This document shows, in pieces, positions 8,178 to 17,400 of a stretch of 45,163 nucleotides of DNA. The translations under genes and the position numbers were made by a program. Source of the DNA: Clostridia bacterium. Its GTDB lineage: Bacteria; Bacillota; Clostridia; Oscillospirales; CAG-272. Within the stretch, counting starts at the first letter, position 1, and each line of letters begins with the position of its first letter. Below the pieces are notes generated by a model. That model had not been told where the DNA came from and searched no databases. It worked only from the letters and a program-made list of their open reading frames with translations. Where the stretch lies: contig JAGBIB010000065.1 in the NCBI GenBank assembly GCA_017935195.1, forward strand, positions 1 to 45,163. The letters are read 5' to 3'.

Positions 8178-9920
8178 ATGATCAAAAAAGGACTCTCCCT
8201 TTTTCTCACTATACTCTTCCTGCTTTCCGCCCTTGCGGGCTGTACCGCCTCTCCCCAAACCACCGTGGACGAGGACGACGGCAGTAAGCTCCCCTTCTCT
8301 CCCTCCATCCAGCAGGATGATTGGGAATTGCCCGAAAACAGCTCTATGCCCGAGCCCACTCCCGCCAAGGATCCCGCAAACGGTGTGAAGGTCAGCTATC
8401 TTTGCGAGCCTTCCCATGCCGGCACCATTGACGGCAAGGGCACTCAGTATATCATCCCCGGCGGCTACACCGAAACGGTCAGCGCCGTTCCCCTTTACGG
8501 TTATCAGTTCGTCGGCTGGAGCGACGGCAGTACCGCACGCACCCGTCCCACCGACAAGGTGGAAAAGGACACCGTCATCGTTGCCAACTTTGAAAAAGTG
8601 GAGGTGCCCTACAGGGTCACCGTGCCGCAGGTGCATTTGAACACCGCAAACGGTGATGACATCAAAAGCAAAAATTACGTAAACGCCACCATCTCCATTT
8701 CGGGTGCCGACAAGGACAAGCACAACATCGAAAACGTGGTCACCAAGGTCAAGGGCAGAGGAAACTCCACCTGGAGCTCCTCCTATATCGGCAAAAAGAT
8801 CGGGGACGTGCGCTGGTCTTCCACAAGAAAGGAATTCCACTACGTTTCCGAAACCGATGCCTACGCCTCCAAAAACTCCTACACCCTTAAGCTCTCCGAG
8901 GGGCTCAACCTTCTGGGTATCGGTGACGGAAAGAACAAGGACTGGGTGCTTCAATCCAACAAATACGATCTGACGATGCTGCGAAACTGGTTCATGTGGT
9001 CACTGGCAAACAGAATGGGCACCTTCAATTTCGTTCCCTCCTGCGCTTGGGTAGACCTGTTTGTCAACGGTGAATACCGAGGGGTATACATGATCGTTGA
9101 AAAGGTGGAGGCGGCAAGCGAGCGCGTCAACATCGACGACAGCGGCACCGATCCCGACAAGGGCTATCTGCTGGAATTAGACTTCCGCGCGGGAAACGAT
9201 GCCACAAAAAAAGAAGGTCTGGACTATTTCTACATCCCCGGCTTTCATGAGGATGATGCCAACAAGAGAGAATTTGACATCCTAAGCGACCATTCCACAG
9301 AAGAGGAGTGCGCCTTCATTAAGGACTACATGACAAAGGTCCACAATGCCATCGTCTCGGGAGACAGAGCAGCCATCGAGGAGCTGGTCGACATCTACTC
9401 CATGGTGGACATCTTCATCATCGAGGAGCTGGGCAAGGACTGCGACTGGGGCGCTACCTCCTTTTATATGTGCAAGGAAAAGGGCGGAAAGCTCTATTTT
9501 ACCGCTCCTTGGGACTTTGACTTCTGCATGGGCAGTTACTCCTCGGGCATCAACGAGGAGGGCCTGATCTCTGCGGGCAGCTACGGCAACGAGTGGTTTG
9601 AGGCGGTGCATGATCTGCCCTGGTTCGTGGAGCTGGTGAGAGCAAGGATGAACTCGCTGGAGGACGACATCACCGATCTGACAGTGGACCTTCAGAAAAT
9701 GGCACTTGCCCTGAAGGTGCATGCCGAAAGAAATGATGAAAAATGGCAGGTTTTCGGAGTAGGCTACCACGAATACGTTTCCCCTCAGGTCTCCTCCCTG
9801 CTGGCAACCTACAACGAGCACGTTGCCTTCATCTACGACTGGATCTTCTATCGTTGGAACATCATAAGGGAGTGGTATCCCATTTTAGAAACACCCTCCT
9901 CCCCCTTTTACAGCAAATAA
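8178..9920 (+). CDS. Exported CotH-family (atypical kinase-like) lipoprotein with an N-terminal Listeria/Bacteroides-type repeat
   Basis: Lipobox LSALAGC after MIKKGLSLFLTILFLL. GYQFVGWSDGS repeat motif. CotH-like core ...VYMIVEKVE...DWGATSFYMCKEKGGKLYFTAPWDFDFCMG. RBS GAAAGGA 7 nt before ATG 8178. Confidence 0.8.
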   Translation: MIKKGLSLFLTILFLLSALAGCTASPQTTVDEDDGSKLPFSPSIQQDDWELPENSSMPEPTPAKDPANGVKVSYLCEPSHAGTIDGKGTQYIIPGGYTETVSAVPLYGYQFVGWSDGSTARTRPTDKVEKDTVIVANFEKVEVPYRVTVPQVHLNTANGDDIKSKNYVNATISISGADKDKHNIENVVTKVKGRGNSTWSSSYIGKKIGDVRWSSTRKEFHYVSETDAYASKNSYTLKLSEGLNLLGIGDGKNKDWVLQSNKYDLTMLRNWFMWSLANRMGTFNFVPSCAWVDLFVNGEYRGVYMIVEKVEAASERVNIDDSGTDPDKGYLLELDFRAGNDATKKEGLDYFYIPGFHEDDANKREFDILSDHSTEEECAFIKDYMTKVHNAIVSGDRAAIEELVDIYSMVDIFIIEELGKDCDWGATSFYMCKEKGGKLYFTAPWDFDFCMGSYSSGINEEGLISAGSYGNEWFEAVHDLPWFVELVRARMNSLEDDITDLTVDLQKMALALKVHAERNDEKWQVFGVGYHEYVSPQVSSLLATYNEHVAFIYDWIFYRWNIIREWYPILETPSSPFYSK

Positions 9921-9928
9921 CCCAAATA

Positions 9929-9972
9929 AAAAGGATCTTCCAAAGCCGTTTCTTTGAAAGATCCTTTTTTGT
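9929..9972 (+). terminator. Intrinsic terminator after the CotH gene
   Basis: AAAGGATCTTCCAAAG-loop-CTTTGAAAGATCCTTTTTTG with one mismatch. Confidence 0.75.
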
Positions 9973-10146
9973 TTTGCATTTTGTTTTCTTCGATTGATCC
10001 TCGCCGTCGGCGCCCTCTTCGTCAAAATCCGCCTTGCTTGCAAGGGACTTTTTGCAAAAGCGTCCGTTCATAAAGAAAGGCAAAAAAGGAAGGGCTCCGT
10101 CCGTCTTCAAGCCTCAAAAGGGGTGGAAGGCGGGCAGAGCCTGTTT

Positions 10147-10839
10147 TCAGCAGTATTCTTCAGAACGCAGAAAGCGGGCAAGAACGGCAGTGGAATGCTC
10201 TGCCGCCAACTCCTTGAAGCGCTCGTAGTCAAGGGCAGTGCCGTCGGCACTGTCCGAAATGGATCTGAGAATGGCGCAGGGCTTGCGGTTGACATAGCAC
10301 ACCTGCGCAATTGCCTGACCCTCCATCTCGCAGGCGATGGCAGAAAAGGTATTGCGGATCCAAGCCTTTCTTTCACCGCTGTCCACAAATTGATCTCCCG
10401 ATGCGATCACCCCCGAAAGATGGCGCACGCCCTCCTTCTCACAGCACTCTTCAAAAGCCTCTCTCATCTGCCCGTCAAGAGGAATTTCCACCATATTGAT
10501 GCCCGAAATCAGCCCCACGGGGTCACCCAAGGGCGAGGTGTCCATGTCGTGGCAGACGGCAAAGGAGCCGATTGCCATATCACCGATGGAAAGACCGTCG
10601 GTCAGTGTGCCCGCCACCCCCACGTTGATGATCATTTCGGGGTTATATCTTAGGATCATGGTCTGGGCGCACAGGGCGGCAAAGGTCTTGCCGATGCCGC
10701 AGACGGCAAGCACCGCAGGTCTGCCGAAAAGACTGCCCACCGTGAAGCGCACGCCCGAGATCTGCTCCTCCTTTTTTTCGTCCATCATTTCCCGGAGTCT
10801 TGCGATCTCCAATTCCATTGCTCCGATAATTCCGATCAT
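10147..10839 (-). CDS. mtnN: 5'-methylthioadenosine/S-adenosylhomocysteine nucleosidase
   Basis: MIGIIGAMELEI..., GIGK, SGDQF and ACEMEG...LRSISD match Pfs/MtnN along the full length. The start overlaps the luxS stop (ATGA). Confidence 0.9.
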   Translation of the reverse strand: MIGIIGAMELEIARLREMMDEKKEEQISGVRFTVGSLFGRPAVLAVCGIGKTFAALCAQTMILRYNPEMIINVGVAGTLTDGLSIGDMAIGSFAVCHDMDTSPLGDPVGLISGINMVEIPLDGQMREAFEECCEKEGVRHLSGVIASGDQFVDSGERKAWIRNTFSAIACEMEGQAIAQVCYVNRKPCAILRSISDSADGTALDYERFKELAAEHSTAVLARFLRSEEYC

Positions 10840-11312
10840 TCTTCGCTCTCTCCCTTCGGATATTCAAAATTCATATGTTCAAAGTCCAACACCCTTAAAT
10901 AGCCCTCACAGCATTTTTTGCCCTCCTCAAGGGACAGCTCTCTGTAGTTGCCGCACTGGATTTCGTCCTGTCCGAACATCTCGTCCGCCTCGTTGACGAT
11001 GGCTTCAAGAGTCCTTTTGATCAGCGCCCTCACCTGCCCGTCCTCGCAATCGCGCAGTAGCAGATAAAAGCCGGTCCTGCAGCCCATCGGTCCGAAATAA
11101 AGCACCTTGTCCCCGCCGAAGGAGCGGACGTAGGTGGCAAAAAGATGCTCCACCGAGTGCATTTCCAAATTGCTTAAATAGTCACCCGCGTTGGGCTTTT
11201 TGAAGCGCAGGTCGAAGGTGCGTACCTCACCGTCGGTCCTTGACAGGTACACCCCCGGCACGATGTAGCGGTGATCCACCTTAAAGCTTTCGATCTTTTG
11301 GATATTTCCCAT
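10836..11312 (-). CDS. luxS: S-ribosylhomocysteine lyase LuxS
   Basis: HSVEHLFATY (HxxEH metal site) and GPMGCRTGFY (catalytic Cys). ATG 11312 has an AGGAAAGGAA RBS. The 11348 start would overlap a consensus promoter on the other strand. Confidence 0.9.
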   Translation of the reverse strand: MGNIQKIESFKVDHRYIVPGVYLSRTDGEVRTFDLRFKKPNAGDYLSNLEMHSVEHLFATYVRSFGGDKVLYFGPMGCRTGFYLLLRDCEDGQVRALIKRTLEAIVNEADEMFGQDEIQCGNYRELSLEEGKKCCEGYLRVLDFEHMNFEYPKGESEE

Positions 11313-11341
11313 TTTATTTCCTTTCCTGCGGGTATACGCCC

Positions 11342-11370
11342 TTGACAATTCAGTTTTTTTATCGTATAAT
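11342..11370 (+). promoter_or_regulatory. Perfect consensus sigmaA promoter for the VTC-DUF4956 operon
   Basis: TTGACA (11342..11347)-N17-TATAAT (11365..11370). Confidence 0.7.
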
Positions 11371-11388
11371 GATTGAAGTCACGGTAGA

Positions 11389-11417
11389 AGTATATCACAA
11401 AAATGCACGCTTGTCAA
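11389..11417 (-). promoter_or_regulatory. sigmaA-type promoter for luxS-mtnN
   Basis: Minus strand TTGACA (11412..11417)-N17-TATACT (11389..11394). Confidence 0.6.
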
Positions 11418-11517
11418 ACCAAAAGATTTCAGTGTGTCTTCACCTGTCCGTCACGGAAGGGTGATATACTGTGTGCCGTCCCACTCTGCACCTCAAAAAA
11501 AGAAAGGAGGCTCCGCG

Positions 11518-12273
11518 ATGGCTGTATTTCAATTCACCTTCAAACGGTATGAAAAAAAGTATCTGCTGACGATGGAGCAGTACGATCTCCTTTTAGAACG
11601 TCTTGAGGGACGGATGGTGGACGACAAATTTGCTCATTCGCTGATCAACAACGTCTATTACGATACCCCCGAGTTTCTCCTCATCCGCCGCTCCATTGAA
11701 AAGCCGGTTTACAAGGAAAAGCTGAGGGTGCGAAGCTACGGTGTGCCCACAAAGGACGACAAGGTCTTCGTGGAGATCAAAAAGAAATACAAAAGGGTGG
11801 TCTACAAAAGGCGCATCCACGTGCCTTTAAAGGAGGCAGTCCCCTTCCTTGAAGGAAAAACCCCCTGCCCCAAGCCCGGACAGATCGGCAACGAGATCTC
11901 CTATTTCATTTCTTATTATAAGGGCATCGCCCCCGCCATGTTCATCTCCTACGAGCGCTACTCTTTGGCTTCGCCCACCGACAGCGTTTTGCGCATCACC
12001 TTCGACAAAAACATCATCTGGCGTACCACCGATCTGGATCTGACCAAAGGGGTGTACGGAGAAAAGCTGGATCTTGACGGAAAGATCTTAATGGAGGTGA
12101 AGATCCCCGACGCCATGCCCCTGTGGCTGTCGGCCCTCTTTGACGAATTAAAGATCGTGCCCACCTCCTTTTCCAAATACGGAAAAGCCTACGGCAAGGC
12201 GCTCAAGGACGGCGTCCTTGATCCGCAGGCGGCGGCAAAAGCCTATTTCCTTGCCGAAATGGCAGGATCGTAA
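11518..12273 (+). CDS. VTC-domain / triphosphate-tunnel (CYTH-like) protein, putative polyphosphate polymerase domain protein
   Basis: 251 aa, soluble. FKRYEKKYLL...YYDTPEFLLIRRS...EKLRVRSY...FVEIKKKYKRVVYKRR shows the alternating charged beta-strands of tunnel metalloenzymes. RBS AAAGGAGG precedes ATG 11518. Confidence 0.7.
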   Translation: MAVFQFTFKRYEKKYLLTMEQYDLLLERLEGRMVDDKFAHSLINNVYYDTPEFLLIRRSIEKPVYKEKLRVRSYGVPTKDDKVFVEIKKKYKRVVYKRRIHVPLKEAVPFLEGKTPCPKPGQIGNEISYFISYYKGIAPAMFISYERYSLASPTDSVLRITFDKNIIWRTTDLDLTKGVYGEKLDLDGKILMEVKIPDAMPLWLSALFDELKIVPTSFSKYGKAYGKALKDGVLDPQAAAKAYFLAEMAGS

Positions 12274-12351
12274 ACAAAAAGCACCCAAGCACAAAAACGC
12301 AAGAAAACACAAAAAATACAGAAAGGACGGCAGTTTTGCCGATCACCGATC

Positions 12352-13044
12352 ATGACACTGAATATTTTTGGATTGACCCTCGTTGACCTGCAGGCATATC
12401 TTGTCTGCGCCGCCATCGCTCTTATTCTGGGCGCACCTATGGCTCTTTCCTACACCGTAAAGAACCATCGCTACAGCAAGGGGTTCCTTTTGACCCTCTT
12501 TGCTCTGCCCGTTTCGGTTATGACCGTAATGATGATGGTCAACATCAACAATCAGATCGGCACCTCCATCACCATTGCGGGTGTCTTCGCTCTGGTGCGC
12601 TTCCGTTCTTTCCCCGGCACGGCAAAGGAGATCATCAACGTCTTTATGTCGATGATCGTGGGCGTGGCGCTTTCTTGCGCAGGAGAGAACAGCTCTGCGC
12701 TGATCATTGCCCTCATCTTCACCCTGCTTTGCACCCTGGTCAATATCCTCTTCAACCTCACCTCCATCGGCAGAACCAAGAAGGCGGAAAAGACCCTGCG
12801 TATCACCATTCCCGAAAGCCTTGACTACACCGATGTGTTCGAGGATCTCTTCGTGAAGTACACCTCCTCCCACGAGCTGACCCGTGTCAAGACCACCAAT
12901 ATGGGCAGTATGTTCCAGCTGACCTACGACATCGTCTTAAAGGACGAAAAGGAAGAGCGCAACTTTTTAAACGATCTGCGTTGCAGAAACGGCAATCTGG
13001 ACATCATCTGCGCCAAGACCCTGCAGGACGAGCACGGACTGTAA
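12352..13044 (+). CDS. Polytopic membrane protein with a C-terminal soluble domain (DUF4956-like)
   Basis: 230 aa with about 4 TM helices, then ITIPESLDYTDVFEDLF...LTYDIVLKDEKEE. It lies 78 nt downstream of the VTC gene and has a weak RBS. The family name is recalled from typical annotations of VTC neighbours. Confidence 0.6.
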   Translation: MTLNIFGLTLVDLQAYLVCAAIALILGAPMALSYTVKNHRYSKGFLLTLFALPVSVMTVMMMVNINNQIGTSITIAGVFALVRFRSFPGTAKEIINVFMSMIVGVALSCAGENSSALIIALIFTLLCTLVNILFNLTSIGRTKKAEKTLRITIPESLDYTDVFEDLFVKYTSSHELTRVKTTNMGSMFQLTYDIVLKDEKEERNFLNDLRCRNGNLDIICAKTLQDEHGL

Positions 13045-13060
13045 GAAGTGAAGTATATCA

Positions 13061-13095
13061 AAACGACCCGTCACAAGTTGACAGGTCGTTTTTTT
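13061..13095. terminator. Bidirectional terminator between the DUF4956 and AraC genes
   Basis: AACGACCCGTCA-CAAGT-TGACAGGTCGTTTTTTT. It overlaps the AraC stop codon. Confidence 0.75.
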
Positions 13096-13954
13096 ACGCT
13101 CCGCTATCGAACGTCCCCTCGGACATCCGCTTTTTGTATTTTAAGGGGGTGCATCCGAACTTCTTTTTAAACAGCACGATGAAGTGGGAGCAGCAGGGGA
13201 AGCCCGCCTTCATACAAGCGTCGGTCACCGTTTCGCCCCGTTGTAACAGCTCCACCGCGCAGGCAAGCTTTTTGGACTCCAGATAATCTCTGGGAGAGGT
13301 GTGCAGATACCCCCGAAACCAGCGGTTCAAGGTGGCGTGGCTGATGAAATACTTGTCGGTGAGCTGATTTACGTGATGGATCTCCGAAAAATGCTCGTGG
13401 ATATCGTCAAGGATGCGCTGAAAAAGGGGGGGAATGCCTGCCTCTTGTCTTGCAGGCGGGGCGCTATGCTCAAAAAAAGAAAGGATCTTCAAAAAGCACG
13501 CCGTCTTTTCAAGGGTGCTGCCCTGCCCCGTAACAAGGCGGTGCAGATCGAAAAAGAGGTCGGCAAGCGCCTCTGCCCCCTCCTTTTCAAAGCGGAAAAG
13601 GGCATCCTCCCGTTTAAAATACAAAAAGGGAAAAAGCTCCTCTCCTCCCTCGATCCACAGACAGAAATGCTCGTGAATGTGGCTCTTGTTAAAAAGGCAC
13701 ACGTGCACGTCGCTGGGGCGGGAGAGGATGGCGTCGCCGTAAAGCAGGGGGTAAAGGCGGTTGTTGACCAAAAAAGAGGCGTCGCCCGAAACGTTGAAAA
13801 AGATCTCTATGCAGTTGTGGATGTGGGGTGGGGAGAGGGTGGCTCTGTCCTTGTCGGGATTGAGGAATTCTTTGCTGTGGGACAGCTCAAAGCGCACCGA
13901 CAGATAGGGGGCAAGGGACTGGGTGGCATAAAGAGGGATGCTGGATTCTGCCAT
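13094..13954 (-). CDS. AraC-family transcriptional regulator (cupin sensor plus HTH)
   Basis: 286 aa with an N-terminal cupin-like region. C-terminal dual HTH: ...ISHATLNRWFRGYLHTSPRDYL...ACMKAGFPCCSHFIVLFKKKFGCTPLKY. It is divergent from the GH36-like gene. Confidence 0.85.
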   Translation of the reverse strand: MAESSIPLYATQSLAPYLSVRFELSHSKEFLNPDKDRATLSPPHIHNCIEIFFNVSGDASFLVNNRLYPLLYGDAILSRPSDVHVCLFNKSHIHEHFCLWIEGGEELFPFLYFKREDALFRFEKEGAEALADLFFDLHRLVTGQGSTLEKTACFLKILSFFEHSAPPARQEAGIPPLFQRILDDIHEHFSEIHHVNQLTDKYFISHATLNRWFRGYLHTSPRDYLESKKLACAVELLQRGETVTDACMKAGFPCCSHFIVLFKKKFGCTPLKYKKRMSEGTFDSGA

Positions 13955-14099
13955 AACTGCTCCGTGTGTTCAAATTTTCATATAATCCGATCAAAATCGA
14001 GTAGAAATATCGTTTTATATATGCTATTATAAAAGAAAAAGAAGAGTCTGTCAAGGACCAAAACCCTTCGGACTAAAAAAAGATCTACGGAGAACGATT

Positions 14100-17000
14100 A
14101 TGATGCCCTTTTCCTCCCCCCTCAAGCGGACGGTCGCATCCCTTTTGATGCTTGCCTCCCTCGCCCTGCCTCTTGCCTCCTGCAGTAAGGGCGCAAAGAC
14201 CACCGAGCAAGGCCCTTCCCCCTCTGTGCCGTCCTCACCGTCCTCCTCCCTTTCTGAAGAAAGCGGCAAGGATACCACCTCCAAAGGAGAAGAAAGTATG
14301 TATGGATCTTCAAATTATGTGAATAAATATGCCGATACCGCCGCTATGGACAAGTGGCTTTCGGAAAACGTGGAGGGCAAGACCTCTCCGCCCGTCACCT
14401 TTCAGGTAGGCAGCAAGTCCTCTGCCGACTACGTCTGGCAAAAGACGGTGGGACAAAAAAAGCAGGTGATCTATTTTGAAGAGGAGATGCCCGCAGAAAG
14501 CATCCATCTGCCCATCACCTACCGTTGCCCCGATCTGTCCTTAAGAGTGGAGCTGACGCTGATCTCCTACACGGGATACCCCGTGGTGGAATATACCGCC
14601 ACCCTCTATAACGACGGGGAGGGCAACTCCAAGGCGGTAAGCAACCTTCTTGCCGCCGACTATCAGGTGGAGGGCAAGGAGGGCGACAAAACCCTGCACG
14701 CCTCAAGAGGCGCCACCACCACCTACACCGATTTCGAGCCTCTTTCCTATCAGCTAAACGGCAAAAAGCACTTTGAGGTGACCAACGGCAAGCCCACCAG
14801 CACCTATATTCCCTATTTCAACCTGGAAAACAAGGAGCAGAACACCGGCACCATTGCCATCCTCAATTGGCAGGGCAACTGGAAGGCGGATTTCATCCCT
14901 GAGAAGGAAGGGGTCAGCTTGAAGGCAGGTCAGCACACGGTCAACGTGGTCCTGCAAAAGGGAGAAAGCCTTGATTTTCCCGGCATGGTCCTCCTTTTCT
15001 ATAAGGGCGACAGAATGAACGGGCAGAACGTCTACCGCAGATGGCTTTACTGCTGCAACCAGTTCAGAGAGCAGGGCAAGAAGATGAAGGAGACAAACGT
15101 CTTGGTCTGCCCTGCGGAGTACAACATCAACTCCAACAGAAAGACCATTGCACTCTATGTCAAGACAGGCCTCATCGACTACATCGACAAATTCAACATC
15201 GACGGCGGCTGGTACGATACCGAGGGGCAGACCTGGTATCACACCGGCAACTGGTACACCGTGAAAAGAAACTACCCCCAGGGCATCAAGCAGTTATCAC
15301 AGCTGGTGCACGACGAGGGACTGCAGTTTGCCGTGTGGTTTGAGCCCGAAAGAGTGGCGTGGGGAACTGCCACCACCGAGGCGCTCAAAGCAATGAAGGG
15401 TCTGCTCCTGCCCCCTGCGGCAGGCAAGACCGCCACCGACTACTCCACCGTCCCCGACGGCTACACCGAGGTGATCTTAGACTACTCTAACCCCGAAGTG
15501 GTGCAGTGGGTGATCGATATGCTCAACACCCGGTTTGAAGAAAACGATATCGATCAGTACAGACAAGACTTCAACACCTCCCCCGCCGCCCAGTGGTCTG
15601 CCCTTGACCGCACCCGCAAGGCGGAGCTGGGTATTTCCCGTATCGGCTACACCGAAAACAAATACTGCAAGGGCTATCTGGACGTTTACGCAGGCATTTT
15701 GGCGGAAAATCCCCAAATGTATATCGACGCCTGCGCCAGCGGCGGTATGAGAAACGATCTGTCCACCATCCGCTATTCCTTCATGCACACCCGCTCCGAC
15801 TATTGGGCAGACATTGAAAGCGCACAGCTCCAGACCTACGGCAGCTCTATGTGGTTTATGTATTGGGGCACCGGCTTTTCCTCTGCCGACTGCAACGACT
15901 ACGATGTGCGTTCCCATATCGGCAACAGCATCGGCGTGGGCATTTCAAACGAATCCCAAGCACAGAATTTAAAGGACGCTCTGACCGAGTGGAAGCACTT
16001 TGCAGGCTACCTCTTCTACGATTACTATCCCCTTTCCGACTACGTGGGAAGCACCAAAAAGACCATGGCGCTCCAGTATGACAGTCCCGAGCAGGGGATG
16101 GGGCTGCTCATCACCTATTTCCGCAAAAACGACACCTTCACCCTCCGTCCCGAGGGTCTTGACCCCAAGGCGCTTTACGAGGTCTGGGACTTTGACGACA
16201 AGAAGGGCAGCTTGAAGACCATGACGGGCGAAGAGCTGATGGCAGGCATCAGGATCACCTCCACGGCAAGCACCGCCATCGTTTACGAATATAAGCTGGC
16301 AGAGGGTCAGGACACCACCGCCTTCCAGACCGAAGAGGTACCCACGGGCAAGGGCTGGGGCGGCTACGATCCCGACGGCGGCAAGGACGATAAAGAAGAG
16401 CTTACCGACGTAACTATTCCCACGGTAACCACGCCCTACGAAAACCCCATGGCAGACGAAAGGTTAGGCGCACTTTACGATCTGAAAGAAGCCAACACCA
16501 TCAAGCTCTTAACGGCAGATTACCGCACCACCGGACTCGTCTACGCCATCAGCAAGGATATCTACGACGAGCTGATCTTCACCGACTACGAGGCAGACGG
16601 CTGGAAGGCGATCAACGAAGGAGCGCTCTTCGTCTCGGCAGACGGCAAAAGCTTCTACCCCTTCACCACATGGGATGGCAACGGCAGTCTTTTTAAAAAC
16701 GTGGAGCCTTTTGCCAAGAAGATCGGAAACGGCTATTTCCTGTGGCTTGCAAACCTTCTGCCCTTTGCCGACGGCGACGGCGGCTGGAAGAGCAGTGAGG
16801 GGGCCCTCAAATGGAACAAGAAGAGCGGCGGTGTCGGACAAAGTGCGCTGACCTTAGACTTTTCAGAAAGCGGCGGCAGGATCGTTTCGGCAGGCTCCGA
16901 CGGCTTTGAGAAAAACGGCACGGTCTATAAGATCGACAAAGCCATTTTTGAAAGCTTTGCCTATACGGGCAAGGGCATCAAAAAGGGTGAGGTGACCCTT

Positions 17001-17282
17001 TATCAGATCGACTCCTCCAAGGTGGGTCTGGTGAGCGTTCAGGAAAAAGCGCCCAGAGAGGGCAGTGACCTTTCGGCTATGACCAAATGGTTTTCCCGGC
17101 TTTCGGGCGATGAGGTGGGTGTTTACAGCTACGAACAGGCGGGCATATACTATCTGCTCATCGAAAACTCCGCCGCAGTGGAAGCCCTTTCGATATGCAC
17201 GGCACAATCGCCCCGCGCCCTGCTTGTCTGGAAGGATCGAGACGACAGCCTTTGCGTGCAGAGTATGCTCTTTCCCGCATAA
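14100..17282 (+). CDS. Lipoprotein glycoside hydrolase of clan GH-D (GH36/alpha-galactosidase-like) with a ~300-aa uncharacterised C-terminal extension
   Basis: Lipobox LPLASC plus an S/P-rich linker. IDQYRQDFN resembles the KWDxN nucleophile block. IDACASGGMRNDL resembles the CSGGGGRxD acid/base block. Confidence 0.7.
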   Translation: MMPFSSPLKRTVASLLMLASLALPLASCSKGAKTTEQGPSPSVPSSPSSSLSEESGKDTTSKGEESMYGSSNYVNKYADTAAMDKWLSENVEGKTSPPVTFQVGSKSSADYVWQKTVGQKKQVIYFEEEMPAESIHLPITYRCPDLSLRVELTLISYTGYPVVEYTATLYNDGEGNSKAVSNLLAADYQVEGKEGDKTLHASRGATTTYTDFEPLSYQLNGKKHFEVTNGKPTSTYIPYFNLENKEQNTGTIAILNWQGNWKADFIPEKEGVSLKAGQHTVNVVLQKGESLDFPGMVLLFYKGDRMNGQNVYRRWLYCCNQFREQGKKMKETNVLVCPAEYNINSNRKTIALYVKTGLIDYIDKFNIDGGWYDTEGQTWYHTGNWYTVKRNYPQGIKQLSQLVHDEGLQFAVWFEPERVAWGTATTEALKAMKGLLLPPAAGKTATDYSTVPDGYTEVILDYSNPEVVQWVIDMLNTRFEENDIDQYRQDFNTSPAAQWSALDRTRKAELGISRIGYTENKYCKGYLDVYAGILAENPQMYIDACASGGMRNDLSTIRYSFMHTRSDYWADIESAQLQTYGSSMWFMYWGTGFSSADCNDYDVRSHIGNSIGVGISNESQAQNLKDALTEWKHFAGYLFYDYYPLSDYVGSTKKTMALQYDSPEQGMGLLITYFRKNDTFTLRPEGLDPKALYEVWDFDDKKGSLKTMTGEELMAGIRITSTASTAIVYEYKLAEGQDTTAFQTEEVPTGKGWGGYDPDGGKDDKEELTDVTIPTVTTPYENPMADERLGALYDLKEANTIKLLTADYRTTGLVYAISKDIYDELIFTDYEADGWKAINEGALFVSADGKSFYPFTTWDGNGSLFKNVEPFAKKIGNGYFLWLANLLPFADGDGGWKSSEGALKWNKKSGGVGQSALTLDFSESGGRIVSAGSDGFEKNGTVYKIDKAIFESFAYTGKGIKKGEVTLYQIDSSKVGLVSVQEKAPREGSDLSAMTKWFSRLSGDEVGVYSYEQAGIYYLLIENSAAVEALSICTAQSPRALLVWKDRDDSLCVQSMLFPA

Positions 17283-17306
17283 TCCCATATAACCCATATA
17301 AAATCA

Positions 17307-17340
17307 AAATGACCTGCTTGATGCAAAGCAGGTCATTTTT
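17307..17340 (+). terminator. Intrinsic terminator after the GH36-like gene
   Basis: AAAATGACCTGCTT-GATGCA-AAGCAGGTCATTTTT. Confidence 0.85.
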
Positions 17341-17356
17341 GATTTATCGTATAACG

Positions 17357-17395
17357 AAAAGACGAGCCGCGGCACAAAATCTGCGGCTCGTCTTC
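17357..17395 (-). terminator. Intrinsic terminator after the GDPD gene
   Basis: GAAGACGAGCCGC-loop-GCGGCTCGTCTTTTCG on the minus strand. Confidence 0.8.
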
Positions 17396-17400
17396 CTTTT

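Noticed and set aside
9862-10110. An 82-aa minus-strand ORF between the CotH and mtnN genes.
   Set aside because: It overlaps the CotH 3' end and runs through the CotH terminator hairpin. It is Lys-rich and low-complexity with no RBS.
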